From the NCBI GenBank assembly GCA_965215005.1, contig CBDCCZ010000003.1:96001-160000 (forward strand): DNA of 64,000 bases, in the 5' to 3' direction. Positions within the stretch are counted from its first letter, which is position 1. Each line of letters begins with the position of its first letter. The notes beneath the pieces were generated by a model. The model searched no databases, was not told the origin of the DNA, and saw only the letters and a program-made list of their open reading frames with translations. Position numbers and translations under genes: made by a program. Below are positions 18,756-27,289 of this stretch, one piece after another. Source of the stretch: Kofleriaceae bacterium. Lineage in GTDB: Bacteria; Myxococcota_A; Polyangia; Haliangiales; Haliangiaceae.

Positions 18756-20807
18756 ATGAAGCAGTTCAACGTCGAAACGTGGCTGGCGCTCAGTGCCGCA
18801 GCCGGAATGATGGCCGGCTGCAGCGCCGAGCCTTCTCCAGAAGGCACATTCGCGCAAGCGGAGCGCGAAAACCTCCTTGGCACCTCGTCGAGAATCGTGC
18901 TGGGTCTGGTGTGGAACGATGTCGACGCCGACGGAGAGCTCGATTTCTTCAAGGAGCTACCGACTCCTGGCGTGACGGTTTATGTCGATTTGGACGACGA
19001 TGGGCAGCTTGACGCCGGCGAGCCATCGACCGTCACCGGAGCGCTCGGACTCTACGAGTTCAAGGGGCTGGAGCCCGGCAGCTATGCGGTAAGGCAAGTC
19101 GTGCCGTTCGGCCAACGCAGCGTTAGCGGCGGCGAACCAGCCGTCGCGCCAGCAAACGTGGCAGTGCAACGTGTCGCGGAGCCGGCGCTAAGCCACTTGG
19201 CGGCGCCCGACGTCGCCGACATCATCGGCGGCGATGAGACCGAGCCCCGCGAGTATCCCTTCATGGTCGCCCTCGGCAGCGAGCGCGACGGCCAGTTCTT
19301 GCAGTTTTGTGGCGGCGTGCTGATCACTGACCGTTGGGTTTTGACGGCTGCGCATTGCACAGAAGGCATCCCGCCGGAACGTGTCCAGGTGCTGGTCGGC
19401 AGCAACAATGTCGACGACGGAAGCGGTGAGCGGGTGCCGGTGCGAGCCACGTACATCCATCCCGACTACGTGGTCACGCCCGACCCATTCCCTGAAGATC
19501 CGCCACCGTTTGGTACCTCAGCGGGCTCGGATATGGCGCTATGGGAGCTCGATCGACCCGTGAAGCTCGCGCTGGGCGAGCTCGAGACGGTTGCTATGGT
19601 CGCAGAAGAGTCGGCCGCGTTGGCCGCCGAGGACGTCCTTGCCACCGCGGTTGGCTGGGGCAACAGCGATCGCGACAGCACGCTGCTGCAGGATGTCCAC
19701 GTGCCCATCTTCGATACCGAGCTGTGCAACGAGCTCATCCTTGGTGAGCTCGAGGGAGTTTCGCCGCAGACGCAGATCTGCGCGGGCATTCCCGAAGGCT
19801 CCATCGACACGTGTCAGGGCGACAGTGGCGGTCCGCTGTTGGTGCGAGATTATCTCGCGCGCTGGCAAGTGGCGGGTATCACCAGCTATGGCATTGGCTG
19901 CGCCGAACCCGGTTATCCAGGGATTTATGCGCGGGTTTCGGCCTTGTCGCAATGGGCCAAAGCCACCGCACGAGAGCCGTCACGGGTGCAGCGAGTCGTG
20001 GTCGGCAGCGGCGTGAGCATCGTCTATGCAGGCTTCGGCAATCAATCTACGCAGCTCGAAGCCATCGAGCTGATCGAGCCGCGTTGGCAGCTACTTGCCT
20101 TCGCGGGCGAGTCAACCGCCACTGGATACACGTACACCTGGCGCATCCTCGATGAGTGGGTTGCCCCACGGCAGTTTCATTGTGCCATCGATATCGATGG
20201 TCCGGGCCCGCGACCGGCCCAAGAGCTTAGTTGCCACGGCGGCGAAAATCGCCTCGAGGTACCGCTCGAAGACGGCTTGTATCTAACGACGCTCACGGCG
20301 TTTCTCGGCGATACCGACTTCGTTAGGTACACTGGTGCGGTGCGAGGAATGCCGCCCGAGGTCACCACGGCAGGCGAGCTCACCGCAGAGGATGGCACCG
20401 ACCCGGACTTTTCCGATGCGCCCTACTTCATTGACTACTTTGATGTGAGTGGTCTCGGTGGCGACAAGGCAGTCATGGTTCGCGTCGAGTCCGCAGACTT
20501 TGCAGTGTTCGCCGGCCTCTATGATCGAGCCACCCGTGAGACCCAAGGAAACGGCGGCGTTATTGACTTTTTCTCCGGCAACGCTCCTGGGGAAGCCGCC
20601 GAATATACGTTCTTCCCAGAGCCAGGCGTTGACTATTTGCTCGGCATATCGACCTTCGATCCGGAAGCCACGGGCAGCTACACCGTCACCATCATCAACG
20701 ATGGAGAGCCCGTAGCCACCACGCTGCAAACGATGGCGGCGCCGGCGCGGCAGAGCTTTGGGCGCAAGCGGCCCGCGCAGCACTCCTTGCTGATGCCGCC
20801 GCGCTAA
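18756..20807 (+). CDS. Trypsin-like (S1) serine protease lipoprotein with SdrD-B-like and C-terminal PPC-like domains
   Basis: Lipobox MAGC, IIGG, LTAAHC, DMAL, DTCQGDSGGP; VWND.D.DG...G.Y.F..L.PG.Y.V SdrD-B pattern; AGGAG RBS. Confidence 0.9.
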   Translation: MKQFNVETWLALSAAAGMMAGCSAEPSPEGTFAQAERENLLGTSSRIVLGLVWNDVDADGELDFFKELPTPGVTVYVDLDDDGQLDAGEPSTVTGALGLYEFKGLEPGSYAVRQVVPFGQRSVSGGEPAVAPANVAVQRVAEPALSHLAAPDVADIIGGDETEPREYPFMVALGSERDGQFLQFCGGVLITDRWVLTAAHCTEGIPPERVQVLVGSNNVDDGSGERVPVRATYIHPDYVVTPDPFPEDPPPFGTSAGSDMALWELDRPVKLALGELETVAMVAEESAALAAEDVLATAVGWGNSDRDSTLLQDVHVPIFDTELCNELILGELEGVSPQTQICAGIPEGSIDTCQGDSGGPLLVRDYLARWQVAGITSYGIGCAEPGYPGIYARVSALSQWAKATAREPSRVQRVVVGSGVSIVYAGFGNQSTQLEAIELIEPRWQLLAFAGESTATGYTYTWRILDEWVAPRQFHCAIDIDGPGPRPAQELSCHGGENRLEVPLEDGLYLTTLTAFLGDTDFVRYTGAVRGMPPEVTTAGELTAEDGTDPDFSDAPYFIDYFDVSGLGGDKAVMVRVESADFAVFAGLYDRATRETQGNGGVIDFFSGNAPGEAAEYTFFPEPGVDYLLGISTFDPEATGSYTVTIINDGEPVATTLQTMAAPARQSFGRKRPAQHSLLMPPR

Positions 20808-20846
20808 CGTTCCTCTCCTCTCGAGCCTGCTTTCGATTCCTGCCCG

Positions 20847-20877
20847 ACCACCCCGAGGTAAATCGCTTCGGGGTGGT
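20847..20877. terminator. GC-rich hairpin downstream of the protease gene
   Basis: ACCACCCCGAGG-taaatcg-CTTCGGGGTGGT; no U tract. Confidence 0.45.
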
Positions 20878-20894
20878 GCCCCACTCCAGTCTCC

Positions 20895-20970
20895 TGCAAG
20901 TGGCAGGCGTCACCAGTGGCCCCGAGCCGCGCGAGTTTCAATGCGCACTAGATGCGGATGGGCCGGGGCC
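20895..20970 (+). pseudogene. Remnant of a paralogous protease gene
   Basis: Encodes QVAGVTS then PREFQCALDADGPGP, matching QVAGITS and PRQFHCAIDIDGPGP, which lie about 100 aa apart in the upstream protease. Confidence 0.65.
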
Positions 20971-21019
20971 AAGTGTTGAATCGGATGACTTGGACTTGTA
21001 CGCGTCATCACCGCAACCG

Positions 21020-21733
21020 TCAATCCGCTGGTGGTTCGTTCGCTGCAGGTTTCTTGCGGCGCACGCGCTTGATCACCACAGGAGCCACGGCTAGAAGCGC
21101 CAGTGCTGCCAACGGCACCAACACCCCGGGCGTAAACAGCACCTCTGATGGCACTGTTTCCGCTTCGGCCAACGAGGCAAGACGGCTGCCGACACCGCCA
21201 ACGATGAAGGCGATAGGTAGAATGCCCAATAGGGTCGCGAGAAATACTGCGCGCAGCGGTATCGGAAACAGCACCGGCACCAGATTTACGAGCCACGCCG
21301 GCAAAATCGGCACCAGGCGCGCCGCGAACAGCCAGTGCCCGCCATCTTCCCGAATGACTTGCTCCAGGTGCGAGAGCCGTGGTCCAAAGCGCGCCGCAAT
21401 AGTCTGATGCACGAGCAAGCGCCCCAGCCACGCCACGAGCAGCGCCGAGAGCGCCGCTCCCAGCGCCGAAAGCACCGGCCCCACGATGGGCCCAAACAGC
21501 AGCCCGCCTGCGAGCATCAAGACCAGCCCTCCCGGCAATGGGGTGATCTTACCGAGGGTGGCGGCGACAACGAACAGTGCGCCGCCTAGCATCGGATGAT
21601 GCTGCACCCAAAGGCTCGCGTCATTGCTGAGCCCGAGAATGACCCCGCTTGCAGCAGCGCCATGCCGCACCACGAGCCATATGCAGCTGATCCCAACGAG
21701 GGCACAGAGGAGGAGCGTTAGACGTCGTTGCAT
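21020..21733 (-). CDS. TVP38/TMEM64 (DedA/VTT domain) membrane protein
   Basis: PLPGG..L.LAGGLLFGP..G, ARLVPILP..LVN, FLATLLGILP motifs. Confidence 0.85.
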   Translation of the reverse strand: MQRRLTLLLCALVGISCIWLVVRHGAAASGVILGLSNDASLWVQHHPMLGGALFVVAATLGKITPLPGGLVLMLAGGLLFGPIVGPVLSALGAALSALLVAWLGRLLVHQTIAARFGPRLSHLEQVIREDGGHWLFAARLVPILPAWLVNLVPVLFPIPLRAVFLATLLGILPIAFIVGGVGSRLASLAEAETVPSEVLFTPGVLVPLAALALLAVAPVVIKRVRRKKPAANEPPAD

Positions 21734-21877
21734 GCGCGGTGGGCGCGCCGCTGGCTGCAACACGCGCGATCAGTGTGCAGCGCCAGGCCGCCAAACGCCA
21801 ATCGTGACCATCACGCCGCGTCGGCTACGACACCACCCAGTGAGCGCTCAAACGCCTCACCCACGCCCCCACAGCGG

Positions 21878-21911
21878 CTAGTGGTTCACGGCGGAAGTCG
21901 TGAACCGCTAG
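21878..21911. terminator. Long hairpin just after the stop of the TPR gene
   Basis: CTAGTGGTTCACGGC-GGAA-GTCGTGAACCGCTAG, 15-bp stem with G-U pairs. Confidence 0.55.
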
Positions 21912-21926
21912 AAAAACAACAATCAC

Positions 21927-22838
21927 CTAGAACTCCACGGAGATCCGCAAGCTCGCAGAAACCACCGCAAGCACCGCCGCCGCGCCAAAGCCCATGTTGG
22001 CGAGCCGCGCGTTGTCGCGACCACTTTGCTCGAGCGCCATTGCCTCGCCGAAGCTGTGATCGCCACTGGTCGCGATGATGCCGCTCAGCTCATTCCAGTC
22101 ATTGTTAGCGCGATAGGCGAAGTATCCGGCAGCCGCCGCGGTGCCCACCGCGGCCATTCCCCACGTATACCAGCGCGCATACATCGGTCGCGCGGTCGCC
22201 GGCGCGTCCGAGCGCATTACCGTGGAGGCTCCCATCGTCTCCGACGCCGCAGGAGTTGTCGCGGCAATAGCGGCGGGTGCCGGCACGACAGCTTGCTTGT
22301 CCTGCCACGGGCGAGCCAGCAGCTGATTCCCATATCGATCGATAGCTGCAACGACGAGCGGCTTGCGCTCGACGATGACGGCGCGCTCGAACATGTGCAG
22401 CGGGTCAGAAACGACCTCAACGGTCGCCGTGCCCGCTTTGACGTCGACGCTGCGAAACCGAAGATCGAGACGGCCGGCGCTCGTAACCCACTCGCGCGCG
22501 CGCTCGAACGGCCGCGTAATCTTTGGTGCCAATCCCGCCTCCAAAGCGGCGTCTGGGGCGAGCGTGAGTAGTCGTTTGAAGTATTCTGTCGCCTGCTCTT
22601 CACGTCCGAAGGCCGCGGCCACGCGCCCTGAGAGCAAATACACCGCCGCCAAATCGTCGGCATCGAGCCCGCCGCCAAACAACGCTTCGTCGAGCGCGAT
22701 CTCGGCGCTGGCGTAGTCGAGATCGGCAATCGCCGTTCGCGCACGCTCGACGGTTTCGGCTTCCGCCGCGGCATCGCCGGCTGATAATGCCAATGATGCA
22801 ATTACCCGAAAGGAGATAGCGTAACGATTCCCAGCCAT
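21927..22838 (-). CDS. Secreted tetratricopeptide-repeat protein with C-terminal membrane segments
   Basis: Signal peptide, TPR-like helices (A..YFKRLL.L.P), P.YARWYTWG followed by hydrophobic segments; common myxobacterial architecture. Confidence 0.65.
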   Translation of the reverse strand: MAGNRYAISFRVIASLALSAGDAAAEAETVERARTAIADLDYASAEIALDEALFGGGLDADDLAAVYLLSGRVAAAFGREEQATEYFKRLLTLAPDAALEAGLAPKITRPFERAREWVTSAGRLDLRFRSVDVKAGTATVEVVSDPLHMFERAVIVERKPLVVAAIDRYGNQLLARPWQDKQAVVPAPAAIAATTPAASETMGASTVMRSDAPATARPMYARWYTWGMAAVGTAAAAGYFAYRANNDWNELSGIIATSGDHSFGEAMALEQSGRDNARLANMGFGAAAVLAVVSASLRISVEF

Positions 22839-22844
22839 GACGTG

Positions 22845-23978
22845 CTACTCGCTGTAGACGACTCTTCTTCGTTCAACCTGACCATCGCCGATCCGCACCG
22901 TGAAGGAACGAGCTCGGCCATCGGCAGTCACTGTGCGAACGCGGCGCGCACCTGCGGGTAGCTCGACGCGAACCAGCGGTGTTTCGCCGACCTTGCGGCC
23001 ATCGACGTAGACGATCGCATAGGGACTCGAATCGACGGTCAAATATCCGCCGCGCTCGCGCGGCAACGTCTCATTCGCGACCGCAGCAGGTTGCCGCGAG
23101 CGCCTTGCCACCGCGTCGTCGCGGCGCTCGCTGGAGCTGTCTGCCCCGGCGCCGCTGTCGGTGCGCTCTCGCCTATCGCCTGCGGCAGGTGCGTCGCGAG
23201 CTGCTCCCTTCGCGAAAGCTGGAGCGGCGGCCGGCTCGGGTTCGACGTCGGCAACGGCCTCGGCGCGGTGAGCTCTCCGGCTCTGCGCCTTCTCCGCCTC
23301 TGGCAGAGCTGCGGAAGCCGCGCGATCCGCGCCCTCAGCGACGAGCAGCAGTTCCTCATCACCGCCATCATCGGTCTCTGCAGACGCACGTGCGTCGTCC
23401 GCGGCGCTCTCGCGTGCCGCGCGCGCATCACTGCCGCGTTGCGGTTTCGCTTCGGGGGCGCGATCGGCCAGCCCTTCCGCTGCCATCCCTAGATTCGTCG
23501 GCACCGCTTCTACCCGCTGCGGCGGCGCCGACACAGCTGTCGCGCGCGCGGCCGGCTCCTCTCGCTCCGCAGTCGCCCCGAGATCTGGCGGCGGCTGAAA
23601 TGCCCGACTGCCCACGTAGGCGCTCAGCGCACAGACAAGGAGCGAGAGCACGATGATCATGGCGCCGCCACGCACTCGCTTCGGGACCACCTCGACGACG
23701 TCGATGGTCGCGGCCGGCGGCCGCCGATGCACCGCGCTTGCAGACGCCGTGGCCACGAAGTCGACAGCCTGCGCCCGCGCTCGCAGCCGGGCGGTCGCAG
23801 CCGCAACGTGTTCTTCACTCATCGTCGACGGCGCCCCGAACTCCCCGCGCCGGTGGGTACCAACGCGCCGCTCCGGCGGCGGCGTCTGCGTCGGTGCTTG
23901 CAGCGGCAGCCGGTCGACGATGGTGCGCCGGCGAGCGCGCCGATCGACCAATCCCGGGGGTGGTGAGAGCGTCGACAT
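22845..23978 (-). CDS. Membrane-anchored PEGA domain protein
   Basis: Single TM, long low-complexity linker, C-terminal GYLTVDSSPYAIVYVDG..VGETPL PEGA motif. Confidence 0.75.
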   Translation of the reverse strand: MSTLSPPPGLVDRRARRRTIVDRLPLQAPTQTPPPERRVGTHRRGEFGAPSTMSEEHVAAATARLRARAQAVDFVATASASAVHRRPPAATIDVVEVVPKRVRGGAMIIVLSLLVCALSAYVGSRAFQPPPDLGATAEREEPAARATAVSAPPQRVEAVPTNLGMAAEGLADRAPEAKPQRGSDARAARESAADDARASAETDDGGDEELLLVAEGADRAASAALPEAEKAQSRRAHRAEAVADVEPEPAAAPAFAKGAARDAPAAGDRRERTDSGAGADSSSERRDDAVARRSRQPAAVANETLPRERGGYLTVDSSPYAIVYVDGRKVGETPLVRVELPAGARRVRTVTADGRARSFTVRIGDGQVERRRVVYSE

Positions 23979-23995
23979 CGTACGGCCGGGGTGGT

Positions 23996-24011
23996 TGCGA
24001 AGTGGATGCCA
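23996..24011 (-). promoter_or_regulatory. Putative sigma54 promoter of the PEGA/TPR operon
   Basis: TGGCATCCACTTCGCA (GG-N10-GC) upstream of ATG 23978. Confidence 0.5.
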
Positions 24012-24207
24012 ACGGCAACTGCGCGAAACGACGAGCGCCTGCGCAACGTATTGGCCGCCGCACACCCCGATCCAGTGCCGGAGCCCCCAGGTAGGCGTGG
24101 TGAGAGGCGCTACGCGATTCGCAACCGACGCGCCGCGGCAGCTGGTCTGCACGCTCACCTCGCCCCACTGCATCCCCTCAGCGCTGCGCGCGCGTTACGC
24201 TGCGTTC

Positions 24208-24825
24208 ATGAAGCTGTACACGGCCTCGTTCGCACCCAACCCGCGTCGCGTCCACATCTATCTCGAAGAGAAGGGCATCGAGCTGGAACGTGTGTACCTC
24301 GATATGCGCGGCGGCGAGCACCGCGCTGCCTCGTTCCTCGAGAAGAACCCGCTCGGGCTGTTGCCGGTACTCGAGCTCGACGATGGTCGACTGCTCTCCG
24401 AGTCGCTGGCGATCTGCGAATACCTCGAAGAGCTACACCCAGAGCCCGCCCTCTTAGGAGGCGATGCGTGGCAACGGGCGCGCACCCGCGAAGCCACCCG
24501 CCGCGCAGAGCTCGGACTACTCTTTGGCGCCGCGCTTGCCTTTCAACACTCCAATCCGTTCTTCGCCGGCCGCTTTCCGCAGCATGTCGAGGTCGCCGAG
24601 GTCGGGCGGCGGCGATTTCTCGAGCATTTGGAAGTACTCGACACGGTGTTGGCGGCACGCCGTTGGCTCGCGGGCGAAGACTTCACCATTGCTGACATCA
24701 CGGCGCTTTGCGCCATCGATTTTGGCACCGTCTGCGGCTGCAGTGTGCCTTCGTCACTGGCGCAGGTGACCTCGTGGCTCGAGCGCGTCCGACAACGTCC
24801 GAGCTGCCAACTGCGTCGCAAGTAG
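24208..24825 (+). CDS. Glutathione S-transferase
   Basis: MKLY...APNPRRV.I.L.EKG, NPLG.LPVLELDDG..LSES.AIC.YLE, G..FTIADI. Confidence 0.93.
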   Translation: MKLYTASFAPNPRRVHIYLEEKGIELERVYLDMRGGEHRAASFLEKNPLGLLPVLELDDGRLLSESLAICEYLEELHPEPALLGGDAWQRARTREATRRAELGLLFGAALAFQHSNPFFAGRFPQHVEVAEVGRRRFLEHLEVLDTVLAARRWLAGEDFTIADITALCAIDFGTVCGCSVPSSLAQVTSWLERVRQRPSCQLRRK

Positions 24826-24842
24826 TGGCCCGCGCGATGGTT

Positions 24843-26465
24843 TCATAGCCCGCGTGGATACCACTCCACACCCACGGTAAATCGATACTGATGATAGTAG
24901 AAAGGAATCCCCGTGATCTGCGGGATGGGCACCGCAATGTCTCCCGGCGCAACGATGAGCTTGGTGCTGCCGCCGAGCGGAATCGCCAGGCCCAACGGAT
25001 TCCACCCGACGAAGGGCCCAATGCTGCCTTTGCCGGCCCCAACCAAGTCAAAGAGCAGCATGGATGCTCCAAAGCGAGCCGTGGTCCGCAACTCCCATGA
25101 ACCAAACCGCTTGAGTGTCCAATGGACAGGAACAGCCAGCGTCGCCACCCCAGCGGCGATTTCTTGATTGCTAAGCGAGATCCACGGATTGTATTCGAGA
25201 TCCAAGCCGAGGCCGACGTCTCGCCAGGGATTGAAGCGTACCCCACCCGCAATGGCGCCGGCGCCGCGGTCGAGCGCTCCACCGATGGTGCCGGCGACGC
25301 CCCAGCTAGCCTTGACCGTGTCGTCGAGCGACTCGATGACCCGCTCTTGCTGCTCGACTTGCTGCTCCGATTCGTCAACGCTGGTGGCGTCGGCGGCTTC
25401 GGGCTGCGCGCGCGCATCTCCCGAAGCCGAGGCGACCGCCATCACCACCATCACCGCGCCGAGCCAGCGGCCACGGCGTCCGAGCGCGAGCAAGGCGAGC
25501 ACCAGCAGCGCCGTACCCGCCAATGAGCCCGGCGCGGCCGCGCAGCCGCCAAGCGTTGGCTCTACCGAGTCGCACCAGCGATTATCGACACCGCAGCCTG
25601 CCTCGATATTGAACTCCGCGTCGAGCACCGCGGCGGCGCGCGTCAACCGCCCGGCGCGACCTCCTTGCGGATCGGCCACGGCGGCGAGTAGCGCCGTCGA
25701 TGCCTCACGAGCCCACGCCTCGCGCCGCTCGATAGCCGGCATAGAGGAGCTGCAGTCATCGAGAACGTCCAGGTGCTCGTGACCGTCTCGAGCCACGATG
25801 TGCTCGCGCGAGAGATTGCCTTCGATCCAATTGAGCACCCCGCGGATCCGCGAATCATCAGGGTTGCGAAACGAGTGGGTGAAGCTGTCTTGGAGTGCGT
25901 GCAACGCTCGACCCGCGTGGTAGGCAAAGCGCTGCAGCTCGAGCTCCGTCGAGTCGCGAAACACCAGATACACTTCGACTTCTTCGGTGGTCGTGAGATC
26001 GGCCGCATCCCCAGATCCCAGCGCCAACGCGAGCTCTTCCAAGATGAACTCGCGGCAACTAACGAGTGCTTCGGCGTCGCCATCGGGACCATCGTCGGCA
26101 AGCTGTCGCAGACAGTGTCGCGGCTGCTTGGAGTTGGAATTGTGAACCGAGACCAGAGCGGCGAGATCCGTCGGATCATTGTCCTCGATGTCGTTGTAGC
26201 GAACGCCGATCACGAGCGCCGCCGTCCACGGATCACGCCCCCACGCAGGCAAGTCAAATGGCAGGTCGGCAATGAACCGCCGCTCGGTCTCCGTTGGCTC
26301 CGGCGGTTGCTCGCCAGCGGGCCAACCGGCGGCCTCGATCGCCGCCAGCGTGATTCGCTCGTGGCAGCCGGTGGTTACTGCTGTCTCGATCTGAAACGCT
26401 TCGGCGAAGCGAGCACTACCGATGAGGACCGCGAGAGCGACGCTGGCGATGGTTATGTAGCGCAC
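24843..26465 (-). CDS. Secreted Zn-phospholipase C/P1-nuclease-like domain + internal MYXO-CTERM-like motif + second signal peptide + outer-membrane beta-barrel
   Basis: Signal peptide ending AEA, CHERIT and GRALHALQDSFTH motifs, GGCAAAPGS-TM-RRGR, second hydrophobic stretch ending ARA, amphipathic beta strands ending YRFTVGVEW. Confidence 0.7.
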   Translation of the reverse strand: MRYITIASVALAVLIGSARFAEAFQIETAVTTGCHERITLAAIEAAGWPAGEQPPEPTETERRFIADLPFDLPAWGRDPWTAALVIGVRYNDIEDNDPTDLAALVSVHNSNSKQPRHCLRQLADDGPDGDAEALVSCREFILEELALALGSGDAADLTTTEEVEVYLVFRDSTELELQRFAYHAGRALHALQDSFTHSFRNPDDSRIRGVLNWIEGNLSREHIVARDGHEHLDVLDDCSSSMPAIERREAWAREASTALLAAVADPQGGRAGRLTRAAAVLDAEFNIEAGCGVDNRWCDSVEPTLGGCAAAPGSLAGTALLVLALLALGRRGRWLGAVMVVMAVASASGDARAQPEAADATSVDESEQQVEQQERVIESLDDTVKASWGVAGTIGGALDRGAGAIAGGVRFNPWRDVGLGLDLEYNPWISLSNQEIAAGVATLAVPVHWTLKRFGSWELRTTARFGASMLLFDLVGAGKGSIGPFVGWNPLGLAIPLGGSTKLIVAPGDIAVPIPQITGIPFYYHQYRFTVGVEWYPRGL

Positions 26466-26508
26466 CGCTGCATCTTACGACGCCGCCGGCCCGGTTGTTC
26501 CGTTCCGG

Positions 26509-27066
26509 TTACGGTCTTCGTGCGAGCTCATAGGTGTAGGTCAAGATGAGCCCCTTCTCGGAGGCAGGGACCCGCACCGCACGTACCGCGTCACGCACAC
26601 ACTTGGCCGCCTCATCGGGCAATGCCGCGCCGACCACCTCGGCCTCCTGCACGACTCCAGCGGGATCGATGGTCACTTTCACATCGAGACTGCCACTACT
26701 CAAGTTGTTGCGACGGGCGCAGCTGCGGACCGCTCCCCGCACCGCGGCGAGCTCTTTGCGAACCGCTGCTTCGTCGGGTCGCTCGGCCTTGGATTCCGTG
26801 TCTGCCGCGGCTACCACGGGCCCCTTTTCCGTCGCCGCAACCGCGAGCTCGGCGCGCGCCTCGGAGGGCGACTCGCTCGGCCGATTCGTGGCGGCAACCT
26901 CAGAGGCCAACACATCGGCGCGAGCGAGTACCTCGGCGCGCTGCGTAGCCGACGATTCGACGGCAGCGGTGGCAGTCTGCCGCTCGTGCTCCGGCGGAGT
27001 TGATTCCTTCGCGCAGCTAGACAACAACGTGAGCAAGGCAGAAGCAAAAACGATCGGTGTAGGCAT
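26509..27066 (-). CDS. Lipoprotein with AgmX/PglI-like (TonB-C-like) C-terminal domain
   Basis: Lipobox LSSC; VRSC...G.L.V.VTI.P.G.V...CV.DAVR..R.P pattern. Confidence 0.65.
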   Translation of the reverse strand: MPTPIVFASALLTLLSSCAKESTPPEHERQTATAAVESSATQRAEVLARADVLASEVAATNRPSESPSEARAELAVAATEKGPVVAAADTESKAERPDEAAVRKELAAVRGAVRSCARRNNLSSGSLDVKVTIDPAGVVQEAEVVGAALPDEAAKCVRDAVRAVRVPASEKGLILTYTYELARRP

Positions 27067-27289
27067 GGCTCTTTCAGGTATGCCCTCACCGCTGGCGAAC
27101 TTCAAACCACAATGGCTCTACAAAGAGCCTAATGGACCTCTTGTTCGTCCATGGCGAGCCGAGAAGCGAGTGACTCAGAGGCTTTGACAGCTCCGTGAGA
27201 CGCAGCACACGCTGTTTCACTTGACATCGTCGCGGCCGAAGTTCATTAGCTAGCGCTGGTAGACGACAGAAGTTCGTCTTTGAGCTCGC

